A DNA stretch of 64,000 nt, from positions 20,646,001 through 20,710,000 of the forward strand of contig NC_086098.1 of the NCBI RefSeq assembly GCF_963921235.1, in the 5' to 3' direction. Shown piece after piece: positions 23,090 to 36,450 of this stretch. Every line of letters begins with the position of its first letter. Position 1 is the first letter of the stretch. The position numbers and the translations under genes are program-made. Below the pieces are notes generated by a model. It worked only from the letters and a program-made list of their open reading frames with translations. It made no database searches and was not told where the DNA came from. This stretch comes from Mobula hypostoma (taxonomy: Eukaryota).

Positions 23090-24350
23090 AAGTACTTTAT
23101 TGATCCTAAGTGGGAAATCAAAAAAATACATTTAGCAATAATAACTAGTAATATACACAATAATTAACTAATGTGCAATAGTAATGTACAAAATAATAAA
23201 ACAGAGACATGTACTATGATGTTTGTTCTCGTGTCGCACAGAGATGAACTGTTCTATATGCTTATTGCATTCAGTAGGAAAGATTTTCTGTAACGATCCT
23301 TGTGACAGTGGAGCTGAATGAGCCTGTTCGAAAGGGTGGTCTGCTCCTTTATTCAGTAGGTCATGGAGAGGATGTGCCAGATTTTCCATGATGGATAACA
23401 GTTTGTTTAGTGACCTTTCCAACACTAACGCAAAAGAGTCTGGGTTGTAGTCAAAGTTGGATCCAGCCTTTCTGATGAGTTTACTTGACCTTTCTGCATC
23501 ACCAACATCAATGCTACTCCCCCAATATAAAGCCACAAAGGCGCTGTACTCGCTACAACAGACTGGTAAAAGATCTCCAGCATTCTACAGCACACATTGA
23601 AGGATCTCAGCTTCCTTAGAAAATAGTGTTTGTTCATCCCCTTCTTGTGAACAGTCTCAGTGTGGTTTTCCAGTCAAGTCTGTTGTTGAGGTGAACACCC
23701 AAGAATTTGTATTCCACCACCGCAACTTCTTCTCCCAGAATATATACAGGACTCGTCACAGTCCACTTCCACTTAAAATCAATCACCATCTCCCTGGTTT
23801 TGGCCACATTCAGGAGCAGGTGATTCCTCCCACACCACTCCACAAACTTGTCCACCAGTTCTCCGTACTTTGACTCCTGACCATCTCCGATACACCCAAC
23901 CACCGCAGGATCATCAGAGAACTTCTGCAAGTGACAAGACTCAGATTTGTACTGAAAGTCTGAAGTGTACAGTCTGAACTGAAACGGAGACAGGACAGTC
24001 CCTTGTGGCATTCCAGTGCCACTCACCGCCATCTCAGACAGAGAACTACCCCGCTGTACAAACTGGGGTCTATCTTTCAGGTAGTCAATAATCCAGAAGA
24101 CAGTGGACTTGTCTACACCCATCAACTTCCCACTCAGAAGAAGTGGCTGGATAGTACTGAAGGCACTAGAGAAATCAAAACATGTGATTCTCACAATGAT
24201 ACCAGCATCATCCAGGTAGGAATGAGCTCTCTGCAACAGGTAGATGATGGCAGCATCCACTCCCACGTGAGAATGGTAGGCAAGCTGTAAGAGAGTCCAA
24301 TGAAGACCTCACCTGTGGTCCAAGGCAAGTCAGGACCAGCCTGCATAGGA
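23090..24350 (-). mobile_element. Rex1/Babar LINE RT 3' part
   Basis: GVDAAIIYLLQ..FDFSSAFSTIQP..PQGTVLSP..LQKFSDD..LNVAKTREMVIDF. Confidence 0.9.
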
Positions 24351-25194
24351 TGCACATGTGACAAATAAAGCTAATCCTTTTTTCTCCTCTTTAAAAAAAA
24401 AGTAGCATGCATAGTGCTTTGGCTCCATCACTCAAGGAAGTATGGAGCAACCCCCTTAAATTTGGCTGCCTTTCTGCAACTTACCGCAGCGGCTTCTCCA
24501 AGGTCAACAAAAGGTGCTACTGTTGTACTTAAGCGTATGTCTAATGATTGCAAAATCCTGCTATACGTTAAGAACTCAAAGGACCACAGGTCTACACCAT
24601 CGGCAACTTGCTCACTGATGGGATAATGAAGGAGGTCTGCAATGTGCCGCAACCTGAGTCGATGGAGGCTTACAGTTAAATAGTGAGTGCCCGTCATCGT
24701 TGCTTTTCTTCCAATTGCAATACCCCCTTGGACAAACAAGTTCAATTCACTGATTTACTGGATGCCAGCAGGGGCAGATGGAGAGGGCCGAGTCCTCGGC
24801 TGCGGCCCGTTTGCGGCCACCCAGATTGATGGGGTAGAGCCGTTGCGTTTCACTGGGCGTGGTGTGGCACAGTGTCCAGAACGGAATCGGAGCTGCCTTC
24901 CCAGGGTGTTGCTCCGCAGGAGACAAGCACTGTTGTAGCCGACTGCAGATTTCTTAGCAGCACTCAATGGACTCGGACCTCAGGCTGTGGGGTCGCTTGC
25001 TTTTCAGCTGCTGAAACTGAGGCCTTCAAGTCATCGCGCTCTACCGAGGGCTGTGTCATGGGTGTGGGAAGGTGGACCTCAAGACCCTTAATGCATAATT
25101 GTGATCTTGCGTGTGCTACTGTGTGTGACGGTCAGTAATGTGTCTTTGCATCTTGACCCCGGAGAACTGTTGTTTCGTTTAGCTATATTCACAC

Positions 25195-25770
25195 ACTAGT
25201 AGGGCCGCACTTGGGAGTATTGTCAACGGTTTTAGGTCCCATATCTCAGAAAGGATGTGCTGTCATTGGAGAAAGACCAGGAGGAGGGTCACGAGGATGA
25301 TTCCGGGAATAATGAAAGGATTAACGTACGAAAAGCGTTTGGCAGCTTTGGGCTTGTACTCACTGGAATTTTGAACAATCCGGGGTGGTGGGGGGGGGAT
25401 CTCATTGAAACCTACCGAATGTTAAAAGAACTAGATAGGGTAGATATGGAGAGGATGTTTCCTATGCTGGGGATATCCAGAACTAGAGGGCACAGCCTCA
25501 AAATTAGAACAGAGGTAAGAAGGAATTTTTTTAGCCAGAGAGTAGCAAATCTGTGGAATGCTCTGCCACAGACTGCGGTGGAGGCCAAGTCCATGGGTAT
25601 ATTTAAGGCAGAAGTTATTCGTTGCCTGATCGGTCAGGATATCAAGGGATACGGCGAGAAGGTGGGTGTATGGGGTTGAGTGGGATCTGGGATTGGCCAT
25701 GATGGAATGGTGCAGCAGACTTGGTGGGCTGAATAGCCTTATTCTGCTCCTTGGTATTATAGTCTTATGA
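25195..25770 (+). mobile_element. CR1 LINE 3' fragment
   Basis: GDLIETYRMLK..RTRGHSLKI..FFSQRVANLWNALP. Confidence 0.88.
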
Positions 25771-26909
25771 GTATTCATATATGGTTAAATGAGGAATTGA
25801 ATTGAATTGGTGATGGCAGGTAAGCTGTGACCCTAACCAAAACATCCACAAGAGACCCAATCTTGATGCAGGTTATCGTCAGCCAAGCTGCATCATTGCT
25901 CCACGACTTTTTTCAATCTTTCTAGTAGCACTGATGCATCTTAACTCCAACAACCTTCCCAGCTAATGGAGCTTACCTACAGGACTAATAGGTAACTGTT
26001 CAACTCAGGTTACCTCTATTCCAAGATCACTAAAAGATGGAGCCAGATATTTTTGAAGACCTAGATGCCTAGTTCCTGTTCATCTGCAAAACAGCTTATT
26101 TTTCTTTTCTTAGGTCTTTCTTTTCAAAGTCGTTGGGATCCTATCAGAGGCCACGATCTACAGCTGCAGCTCAAACTATGGTTCTCCACCAGCAGTAGGC
26201 TCTCAGACTCGACGTGTGGCCTGGCATTTCGCTATCTCCAGGTGCGGCCTAGAAGACGTATGCCTTTGGGTTGCGGCTCTGTTAACAACCTGGTTCCTCG
26301 CTAATGTCACCGATGAAACATGGAGACAGCAGGCAGTGTGCACTGCTGTCAGAAGGCGGCCCATGTACTCTCTCTCTTTTTGATGGTGAGTAGGAGCCTG
26401 TCGGTCCTCAAGTCAGTGGACGAGGAGAAGCGATGCAGGAGATTGTAACATCGAAACAGCGAGCTGCTGGTCTCTTACTCTCATTATTGCAGGATTGATC
26501 TTTCTCTCCATCACTAGCGAGAGAGAGAGCCTGTCTGAGATACAGAAGTGCTGGGATGGACTGTAGTTTTGATAGACTCTAGGTCAAGATCTCTTGTGGG
26601 CTTTGCTATTGCTTGCATGCTAGCGAGTTTGTGCTTTCCCTGGTGCAAATGGTGGGGGGGGGCTTTGGGGTTCTGCTGTTTCTGGCATTCATACTTTGGG
26701 TTTTTTTTTCTGCTTCTCGGATGTCTGCGAAGAGTAAGAATTTCAGGTTGTATACTGTATACGTTCTCTGGTATTAAATTCAACTATTCGAACCATTACA
26801 ACCTCAGTAACAGACTGCAGTAAGTGAATGAAATTTGCATCTGCTCTTCAGGCTGAACTGTAGCATTGTTATAGGACTTATTATAATTGTAGAAGTCATT
26901 AGACATTAC

Positions 26910-27355
26910 CTTAGTACTTGAGTATGCAGCCATCTGTGGTGTTGGCTTACAGCAATACCCTGAAGAAATATTAACAATCGCTCCTTTCTTCCTTTGTACC
27001 ATTCCTGGTAGCACAATGTGAATCATCATGTTGGTTGCAGCAATATTCACATTTATGAGATCCCAGAGTTTGTCCTCAGAAAGATTTAAGAAAAACTCTG
27101 GATAATCAGTGGGCACATCCACACTATTCACCAGAATACCGATTTCCTTATTCTTCAGAGCTTCTTGAATTGGGGGGTAAATTCCCCGCCCTTTAGTAAA
27201 ATCAGCTTCTAAGACATAGGTTTCAACATTAAACCTTTCTGTAATGGCTGTGGCCAGGGCTTCCAGCTTGTTTTGATCAAGGCCAACGAGAATCAGGTCA
27301 ACTCCTTGCCTAGCCAATTCCTCAGCATAGGCTTTACCAATCCCATCTGCTGCAC
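26910..27355 (-). CDS. HSDL1: HSDL1 coding exon 2 (SDR Rossmann fold and active site)
   Basis: 446 nt, AG at 27356-27357, GT at 26908-26909, phase 1/0; GAADGIGKAYAEELA..IGILVN..KKGAIVNISSG..AAYSSTK. Confidence 0.97.
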
Positions 27356-28639
27356 CTAAGCACAAGAGAGATAAATCAGCTACTGTCAAATATTAGTAGT
27401 TACCATTGTAGAGTGATTGAAATCCTCAGACCTAACACTGTAAAACCCATAGCTTGAGGCTTCACAAAAACAGGATTCTGACAAATGCAGATTATTAGTC
27501 AATATTTTTCAAAAATGCATTCTAATCTGTACTTTTGGGTATACAAAGTTACCTGTCACATAATATTACACAGAAGCAATTCAGAATGTATTAACTTCAA
27601 ATTAAATTCTTGCAAGTTAAAAGATCAGATATATCCTGATAAAAATTATACTGCATAACAAACTTTTACCAAATATCCCTAATCATAGGAAATGGGAGTG
27701 TTAATGGAACATTCTGAATACATATTTATTCTTTGTCTGATAACAGTGGTCAACATGATAACAGTGCTCTTAGAAATTATAGCTTTTTTATTGCTCAAAT
27801 GTTATTTGTCAAGTAGGGTGGCGTGCACAATCCTGATTCGATGGAGACGGACATGAGAGCACGGAGGAACATCTGGTGAAACTTCTGAAATGCCTGTTTC
27901 GCTGCCGCTGCTACTGTGTGATCCGGAATCTCTGGTGGAGAAGGCCCCGAGTCCTCAGCTTCGCTTGTTGCTCAGCGGCTGGGGACGGGGTCGAAGCGCT
28001 CGGCAGAGGATGGTGCTCGGAGAGCCTGTATCGGAGGCATGAAATTTTTGGACGGACTCAGAGTTAGCTGCGGTCGGGTGCTTCCAATGCATTGGCAAGT
28101 TGTCAGCGCTTGGAGGTTCATGGCAGGGAGAGTTTCTCCCTTCTGCCGCCTGCATTAGATGATGAGGCGATCGGGACTTTGAGACTTTTTTTTACCGTGC
28201 CCATAGTCTACTCTTTATCAAATTATGGTATTGCTTTGCACTGTTGTAACTATATGTTATAGTTATGTGGTTTTGTCAGTTTAGTCTTGGTTTATCCTGT
28301 TATCAGTCTATATCAGTCTGGAGGAACATTGTATCATTTTTTAATGCATTTCTAAATGACAATAAACGAGGACTGAGTGTCCTCATAATCTAATCTAAAA
28401 ATGTGACTTTTTACTACTAGTACACCACTGGTTGAGTTACAACAGCCAATATTTTCCAAGAAAGCACGGATATTGTTGAGTAGAAAATGTAAAGGGCTGG
28501 AGAGGAAGGAAGAGTGGATTACAGGAGAAAGGGATGAAGGAGGGGCACCGGTGAGAGGTAATACGCAGGTGAGAAAAAATAAGAGGCCAGTGTGAGAAAT
28601 AGAAGAGGGGAGGAGGAGGAAAAACTAATTTGTATCTGC

Positions 28640-29100
28640 ATTGTGCTGTGTTCATTCTGCTCGGGCAGTCCACCAATTGTTCTGTATCTGTTTCAGTTTA
28701 GCTTGGAGGCTGCTGCAAGCAGCTCTGTATACTGCCTTGGCCACTTGATGGGAGGAGCATTTCTTCTCAAGCAGGTTCTGGACTTCAACATCGTTTTCAT
28801 CAAACCAGTCTTTGTTCCTTCTTGAAGTACGCCCAACTACCTTGACAGCCACATTTTGGCCGATGGTTTTCAGGTGCTCCCATTTCTTAACTGTGCTGGA
28901 GTTTGTGCTTGGGGTACCTTTGCTGTCCAGTTTCTCCCTTAGCTTGATCTGGAATACATCTCGTTTGTCCTAAGAGCCTATCCACCTGGAGTCTCTTCAA
29001 CCGTGGTCCCCTTTTCAGTTGCTGCTCAGACCAAATTTCAGATCCTATTATCAGCACGTTATTTGATTCCCTGTGCAGAATTTCTGATGCTGATCTCAAA
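28640..29100 (-). mobile_element. RTE (BovB-like) LINE fragment
   Basis: RRNKDWFDENDVEVQNLLEKK..QNNWWTARAE. Confidence 0.7.
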
Positions 29101-29771
29101 TCACTGTAGAGCAGGGGTTCCCAACCTGCGATCCACGACCCCTCGGTTAATGGTAGGTGTCCATGGCCTAATGTTGGGAGCCACTACTGAGGAGGATATT
29201 TTGATAAAATCCAAATTTTAATTATCGCATCACCAGTTTATATCATGCTGACATAATTCCTGTGCAAATGGAGGAATGGCAGAAAATTGGGGTTAAATGT
29301 TTACATTTCACCATGACAAATTCATCATGTTACTTATTTATGTAATATTCTATATTTGGTGTTCTCAGTTAGAGAAATCCCAGACGATGCCTCTCCCAAG
29401 GTTGCTATATCTTGCAAAATATTTTGGGCAATGATCCGAGAGAAAGGCTTCATTCTGTACTTCCTGTGTCATATAGCCACCATGCTGCAGACAACCAGAC
29501 TACCTATCAGCACAAGTAGTCCCAAATTCTGGATGCCTTTGAAAAGGTAATTTGTCACCACTTCAATCCACAATGCTATAAAATGAGTCAAGGATTTTAA
29601 AGCCACAGGAAACAAGAGCAGAATTAGGCCATTCAGCCCATTAAATCTGTTCCACCATTCCATCATGGCTGACTTCATTATCCCTCCCAACCCCATTCTC
29701 CTGCCTTCTCCCCTTAACCATTAACCACAAATGTTCTAATTGGGGTGACTTAGTGTTGATGACTTCTCCAT

Positions 29772-30085
29772 AAACACAAGGAAGTCTGCAGATGCTGGAA
29801 ATCCAAAGCAACATAACACGAAATCCTGGTGGAACTCAGCAGGTTAAGCAACATCTATGGAAATAAATAGACGTTCAACATTTCGTGCCAAGACCCTTCG
29901 GGTCTGAAAAGAAAGGGAGGAGGCGGCTAGCTGGAAAGTGATTGGCAAAGGTCAAGGGCTGGAGAAGAAGAAATCTGATAGGAGGGGAGAGTGGAGAATA
30001 GGAGAAGGGGATCCGGGGGAAATAATAGCCAGGTGAGAAGAGGTAAAAGGTCAGAGTGGGGAACAGTTGAAGAGGGGGGTGGGGA
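29772..30085 (-). mobile_element. Old PLE 3' terminus
   Basis: AACACAAGGAAGTCTGCAGATGCTGG terminus with a degenerate hammerhead. Confidence 0.75.
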
Positions 30086-30201
30086 CTTCCCCATAGACCT
30101 GTTTCACATTACTGACAATGTTGGTTGAGAGACTCTAGATGATGAAACCTCAGCAAACTGCTGCAGTTATGATGTAATTGAAATGACTGTCTATTTAATC
30201 T

Positions 30202-31358
30202 ACATACACAAAATGCTGGAGGAACTCAGCAGGCCGGGCAGCATCAATAGAAAAAAGTACAGACGACGTTTCAGACTGAAACCCTTCGGCAGGACTGGAG
30301 AAAAAAAGGTAAGGAGCAGATTCTAAAGGTGGAGGGAAGAGGAGAGAGAAACACAAGGTGATAGGTGAAAGCTGAAGGGGGAGGGATGAAGTTGATTCGT
30401 GAAAGAGGCAGAAAGCCATGGAAGAAAGAAAAGTGGGGAGAAGCACTAGAAGGAGGTGATGTGGACAAGGAGATAAGTGAGAGAGGGAAAAGGGGATGAG
30501 GAATGGTGAAGGCGGGGGCAGGGGCATTACCAGAGGTTCGAGAAATCAATGTTCATGCTATCAGGTTGGAGGCTACCCAAACGGAATACAAGTTGTTGTT
30601 CCTCCAACCTGAGTGTGGCCTCATCACAACAGTGGAGGAGGCCCTGGATGGACATATCAGAATGGGAATGGGGTGGAACTAAAACGAGTGGCTTTTTCCT
30701 GGTGGAGCGTAGGTGCTCGGCAAAGTGGTCTCCCAATCTACATTGTGTCTCACCAATATACAGGAGGCCACACTGGGAGCACCAGACGCAGTAAATGAGC
30801 CCAACAGACGTGTTGCCTCACCTGGAAGGACTGTTTGGGGCCCTGAATGGTAGTGAGGGAGGAGGTGTAGCACTTGTTCCGCTTGCAAGGATGAGTACCA
30901 GGAGGGAGATCAGTGGGGAGGGGTGGATGGACAAGAGAGTCGCATCAGGAACGATCCCTACAGAAAGCAGAAAGTTGCGGGGGGGGGGGAGGGAAGATGT
31001 GCTTGGTGGTGGGATCCTGTTGGAGATGGTGGAAGTTTCAGAGACTTATGTGCTGGACTCAGAGGCTTCCCCCGCCCCCCACTCTTCCATGGCTCTTTCA
31101 CCAATCAATTTCCCAGCTCTTTACTTTAAACCTCCCCCTTCAGGTCTCACCTATCACCTTGTGCTTCTCTCTCTCCTCCACTCACTTTTAAAATCTACTC
31201 CTCAGCTTTTTTCCCCCCTTCAGTCCTGCTGAAAGGTTTTGGCCTGAAACGGTGACTGTACTTTTTTCTATAGTAGCTGCCTGGCCTGCTGACTTCATCC
31301 AGCATTGTGTGTGTGTGTGTGTGGCTTGCATTTCCAGCATCTGCAGATTTTCCTTCTG
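30202..31358. mobile_element. PLE with inverted terminal repeat (minus-strand GIY-YIG end joined to a plus-strand terminus)
   Basis: GDHFAEHLRS..DEATLRLEEQQLVFRLGSLQP on minus; orientation flips near 31063; possible TSD TATTTAA(T/C)CT. Confidence 0.85.
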
Positions 31359-31636
31359 ATTGGATATTTAACCTGCTGCACTGGGTGTTGATACAGTGGG
31401 CAGCCTTGTCCTGTTTTGTAGACTCAGGGGTTTTGCAATTGTGGTCACTATGCAAATCCAGCCATGGTACAGATAGTCATATTAAAGTGCAGCACAGAAA
31501 CAGGCCCCTCGGCCCATCTAGCCAGTGCCAAACCATTTAAACTGCCTAAATGAAGCCACATTGCACATAGCATGAACAGACTTTAATTATATCCGGTCAA
31601 CTTCATTCACTTAGAGATTAGAGAAAAACTACCTAC

Positions 31637-31856
31637 CAGTTACCATGGCCCACTTGCCATAGTGTTTGAGCAGGTATCTCCTGCCCACCAATCTCGGGAT
31701 GAAATGGAGTCTGACCATGCTGTAGAGATCACAGACAAAGCGGATACTTTTCTTTGTCACGTACCAGGCTCCCAGAACAGCTAATGCATCAGCGTAGACA
31801 TTGCACGTCCTGGCAACCTGCCAGTACAGTAGTTGAAAACTGTCCACCGCTGCCAT
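31637..31856 (-). CDS. HSDL1: HSDL1 coding exon 1 (start codon)
   Basis: [47 protein letters not shown]; 220 coding nt; GT donor 31635-31636; AG acceptor 31858-31859. Confidence 0.96.
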
Positions 31857-32264
31857 ACTACGGAGAAGGGAGAGTTTCTGTTCTAAACAGACAAAGCAAC
31901 ACTATGGCATTCCATCACAGCACAAGTCTTGTAATTTCACATCAATGCAACATGTCCAAATATTCTAGGGCTTGGTAATAGGAAACTTTCAGAATGGACT
32001 GCCAAATACAATTTACAAGAGAAACACACATTCAAAAAAATGTCAATTTGAGATCGAAATGCCAATTAATCCTCTCAAAATCTGTTCCTTTTAAATGCTG
32101 TAAACAAACAACGCTAGTTATTAAAGTGCATCTAAAATCACCAAAAAAAATCAGTTTTTAAAAAGAAGGCCTGCATTTGGTTTAGCCTAAGCAGCTTTGT
32201 TTCCGGATTAAGTGCCGCCGCTGCGCGCCTTCACAGAAATACAATACACATGAATTCAACTCAC

Positions 32265-32440
32265 AGGCAAGATGAACAGAGAAACAAACAAAAATATTGC
32301 CGGCTGCTTACGAATTGACAGCAGATGCCTCTAAAGGTCCCCACTGGAGGATGAGGAGGGGCATGCAGAAATTAGCTGTTCAGTACAATGCCTTATAAAA
32401 AATAGTTCTTCGATTTGTTAATTTATTTGACCCAATAGGC
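32265..32440 (-). promoter_or_regulatory. Candidate HSDL1 non-coding first exon / promoter
   Basis: Consensus donor GTGAGT at 32259-32264 (minus) about 400 nt upstream of the ATG exon acceptor; TTTTATAA near 32393-32400 on minus; unique sequence. Confidence 0.4.
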
Positions 32441-33027
32441 AGTTGAAAAGTTATAGATATTTTATTACAGTCATTTGGTGCAATTCCATTTAAAACATAA
32501 ATGGTTCTCTCAAATAATTGGTTGAAAAACTGTCCAAATATCATTTATACAAACAGATTTTTATAAGGTGTAGAATACTGTGTTTTATTCTGGAAAAATA
32601 CTAACCTTTATTTACAGTACTGTGCAAAAGACTTAGGATATATCGCCAAGGTGCCTAAGGCTTTGCACAGTACCGTAGTAATTTTATGCATTGCACTGTA
32701 CTACGGCCACACACAAAGAAAAACAAATTTCATGCCATGATGATGACGTGAGTGATGATAAACCTGACTCTGATATGGGTCTCCATTGTGGACTGAGAGT
32801 CTAACTGGTGCAGGGAGAAGGAGATCATGGTTGGGAAAAAGAGAAGGGAGATGGGAGGGAGTGGGAAACATCAGAGAAACATTCTGTAATGATCAATAAA
32901 TCAATTGTTTGGAATTAAATGACTTTGCCTGGTGTCTCAGGGCTGGGTGTGTCTACACCTCTGCCACCTCCCCACCCTTAGCACTCCTCTGCCACCCGCC
33001 CCACACCCACGGCACTCCACCCTCACC

Positions 33028-35148
33028 CAGACATCCCACCTTGCAAAACACATAAAAGTTGCTGGTGAACGCAGCAGGCCAGGCAGCATCTCTAGGAAGA
33101 GGTACAGTTGACGTTTCGGGCCGAGACCCTTTGTCAGGACTAACTGAAAGAAGAGCTAGTAAGAGATTTGAAACTGGGAGGGGGAGGGGGAAATCCAAAA
33201 TGATAGAAGAAGACAGGAGGGGGAGGGATGGAGCCAAGAGCTGGATAGTTGATAGGCAAAAGAGATATGAGAGGATCATCAGACAGGAGACCTAGGGAGA
33301 AAGAAAAGGAGGGGGGGAAGCCCAGAGGATGGGCAAGGGGTATAGTGAGAGGGACAGAGGGAGAAAAAAGGAGAGAGAGAAAAAGAATGTGTGCACATAA
33401 ATAAATAAATAATGGATGAGGTACCGGGGGAGGTGGGACATTAGCGGAAGCTGGAGAAGTCAATGTTCATGCCATCAGGTTGGAGGCTACCCAGATGGAA
33501 TGTAAGGTGTTGTTCCTCCAACCTGAGTGTGGCTTCATCTTGACAGTACAGGAGGCCGTGGATAGACATATCAGAATGGGAATGGGACGTGGAATTAAAA
33601 TGTGTGGCCACTGGGAGATCCTGCTTTCTCTGGCGGACAGAGCATAGGTATTCAGCAAAACGGTCTCCCAGTCTGCGTTGGGTCTCGCCAATATATAGAA
33701 GGTCGCATCGGGAGCACTGGACGCAGTATATCACACCAGCCGACTCACAGGTGAAGTGTCGCCTCACCTGGAAGGACTGTCTGGGGCCCTGAATGGTAGT
33801 GAGGGAGGAAGTGTAAGGGCATGTGTAGCACTTGTTCCACTTACAAGGATAAGTGCCAGGAGGGAGATCGGTGAGGGGGGATGGGGGGGACGAATGGACA
33901 AGGGAGTCGCGTAGGGAGCGATCCCTGCGGAAAGCAGAGGCGGGGGGAGGGAAAGATGTGCTTAGCGGTGGGATCCCGTTGGAGGTGGTGGAAGTTACGG
34001 AGAATTATATGTTGGACCCGGAGTCTGGTGGGGTGGTAGGTGAGGACAAGGGGAACCCTATTCCTAGTGGGGTGGCGGGAGGATGGAGTGAGAGCAGATG
34101 TGCGTGAAATGGGAGAGATGCATTTGAGAACAGAGTTGATGGTGGAGGAAGGGAAGCCCCTTTCTTTAAAAAAGGAGGACATCTCCCTCGTCCTGGAATG
34201 AAAAGCCTCATCCTGAGAGCAGATGCGGCAGAGGCGGAGGAATTGAGAGAAGGGGATGGCATTGTTGCAAGAGACAGGGTGAGAAGAGGAACAGTCCAGA
34301 CAGCTGTGAGAGTCAGTAGGCTGCAAAAACTCATTTCAGGGAGGTCTCAACCAGCAGTCTGAACTTCATAGCAGTCTGTGTCAATGAATTAGCCTCCCTA
34401 ATATGTTGTGGTCCCTAAAAGAAATAAAAGCATAAGGTGTATCCTTATTATATTGTCTTATGCAGAAAATGTGACATTAAAATATGTACTTACATTATAT
34501 TATATTATCATGGAGTCATTTTTTAATTCTATTACAACTTTAAGCAAGTCTACAGGGAGTTTGGCTTCATCACGTCAGACATCAACAGAGTAGCTCCTTA
34601 GCAACTAGCCAGCTAGTTTAATAACATTAGCTATGCTAATCAAAGAATGACACCTGTTAAACTCACCTCAACATGTCTTTTACAGTCATTTAACCCACCA
34701 TGGGCAATAGAAAAGTCACTGTTGCAAACAGTGCAGCGAGCAACACTGTCATTATTTTTGACCCCTATTAGGCAGGGGTACACTTTAGTGTAGTCTGGGA
34801 TGACGTACGTTTTATATTTTCTTTTTTTGGAACGCTCTGCCATGGCGCTGCAGGACACTAAACTGAGCTGATGGACAATGAAAGAGAGAGAGAGGTCAAC
34901 TGTAAAGCCCGCCCACAGAGAAAACTAATAAGTCTACTTAGCACAAAGAGAGACCAATCAGGATGCTCCCTCTGTCACTCTCTCCCCCTACTGTGTCTCT
35001 CTCTCCCTCTCCCCCTCCCTCCCTCCCTCTCCCTCTCCTTCTCACAATAAATGGATTTCCGGGATATTGTATATAATTTGTGGGCGTCAGGGAGCCACTA
35101 TCAATATGCGGGAGACTCCCAGAACTTCCAGGAGAGGTGGGATGTCTG
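33028..35148 (-). mobile_element. Non-autonomous hAT-like transposon with 6-bp TSD (second copy), interrupted by a PLE
   Basis: TIRs CAGACATCCCACC 33028-33040 / GGTGGGATGTCTG 35136-35148; CTCACC at 33022-33027 and 35149-35154; zinc-finger ORF 34640-34858. Confidence 0.88.
33049..34320 (-). mobile_element. Penelope-like element, 5'-truncated
   Basis: PTDSHSCLD..SQFLRL; CESAGVIYCVQCSRCDLLYIGETQRRLGDRFAE; short TSD TGCAAAA; hammerhead 33106-33141 has CUGACAA (G8A). Confidence 0.92.
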
Positions 35149-36450
35149 CTCACCATTCCCAACATCCTTTGCTCCTGGCAGATTTACAAACTTGCTCTCT
35201 GCTCCACGTTGACAAATACAGTAGTATGCAAATATCTGAATCACCCTAGCTCTTACCAAAGCCTTTTGCACAATATTATATGTCTGCCTCATTTTCAGAA
35301 ATATCATGCTTGAAACAAATAACAAACAGAATTATTTGATATCCGCGATGCACCAACTCCCAACAGAAACGAGCACATGATTAAAATCTTAAACTACGAA
35401 AACTATGAATTATAAGATGAGTGACTGAAAGTAGTGCAATTAGTACAATCGCAAAACAAAAACACTGGAAGAACTCAGCAAGTCCAGGGGCATATGTGCT
35501 TGCAAAGGGATAGTCAACATTTTAGATTGGAAGCAAGCATCAAGGTTAAGAGTGTAGAGCGCATAGAAATGAGAGGGAGAGATAAGGCAGAGACTTGTGG
35601 GTGTTAGATGGAACCAAATGAAAGGTAGGGGATGATGTGCAGGTGGGAGAGGGATGGGGATAATGCTGAAAGGGAGGCTAGTTGGTTCAAAGATCCAAAG
35701 TAATTTTATTGTCGAAGTATCTATGCAGTATACAAACTTGAGATTCAATCTCCCACAGACAGCCACAAAACAAGGAAAGAAAACCATGGAACCCATTCAA
35801 AGAAAAACATCAAACCCCCAATGAAAAAGAAAAACAAATCAAAAAATGAGCAGAAAAACACAGAACATAAACCAACAAACCACAAATCAGCATAACAGTC
35901 CAGGCATATTCAGTTCAATAAAACATTCAGTTCAAAGGTTACAGGTGGAAACAGATAGGAATAAGAAAAGAATAGTTTAGACAGATGGAGGGGGAAGGGA
36001 TAAAAACAGAGATAGTGGTTGATGAGAAAGGTGGAACTAAATAATGAGAGAGGTGTTGGGCAAGTGGACCTACTGCAGGGAAGAGAGAGGTTAAGAAATG
36101 GAAAGGAAGCGAGAAGAAACTCAAGTGGATAGGAATGTGGGCAATGGGCTGATGATTCACATGAGAGAGGGATGGTAAAAGTAGGCAAAGGAAGAGAGAC
36201 CATGATGAGCTGCTTTCCTGAAATTATAAAGTTTGAGTGGTCATAACATTGGGCTGTAGGTACTCAAAATGAAAAATGAGATTTTTTTTTTCCATTTGGC
36301 ATTTGGCTGCACTTTGGCAGTGGAGAAGACTGAGGACAAACAGTGCGGGTCTATGTGGCTTCTTCTTTCAAATATGATTCAGCTACTGTTGAAACCTGTG
36401 ATTGACAGTTGATGGTGTGTTTTCAGGCCAATTCAACAATCTGGCACTTT

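Noticed and set aside
26796-27389. 197-aa single-exon SDR or HSD17B12/HSD17B3
   Set aside because: It is an internal exon with GT-AG boundaries; the MAAVDSF N-terminus and exon phases match HSDL1.
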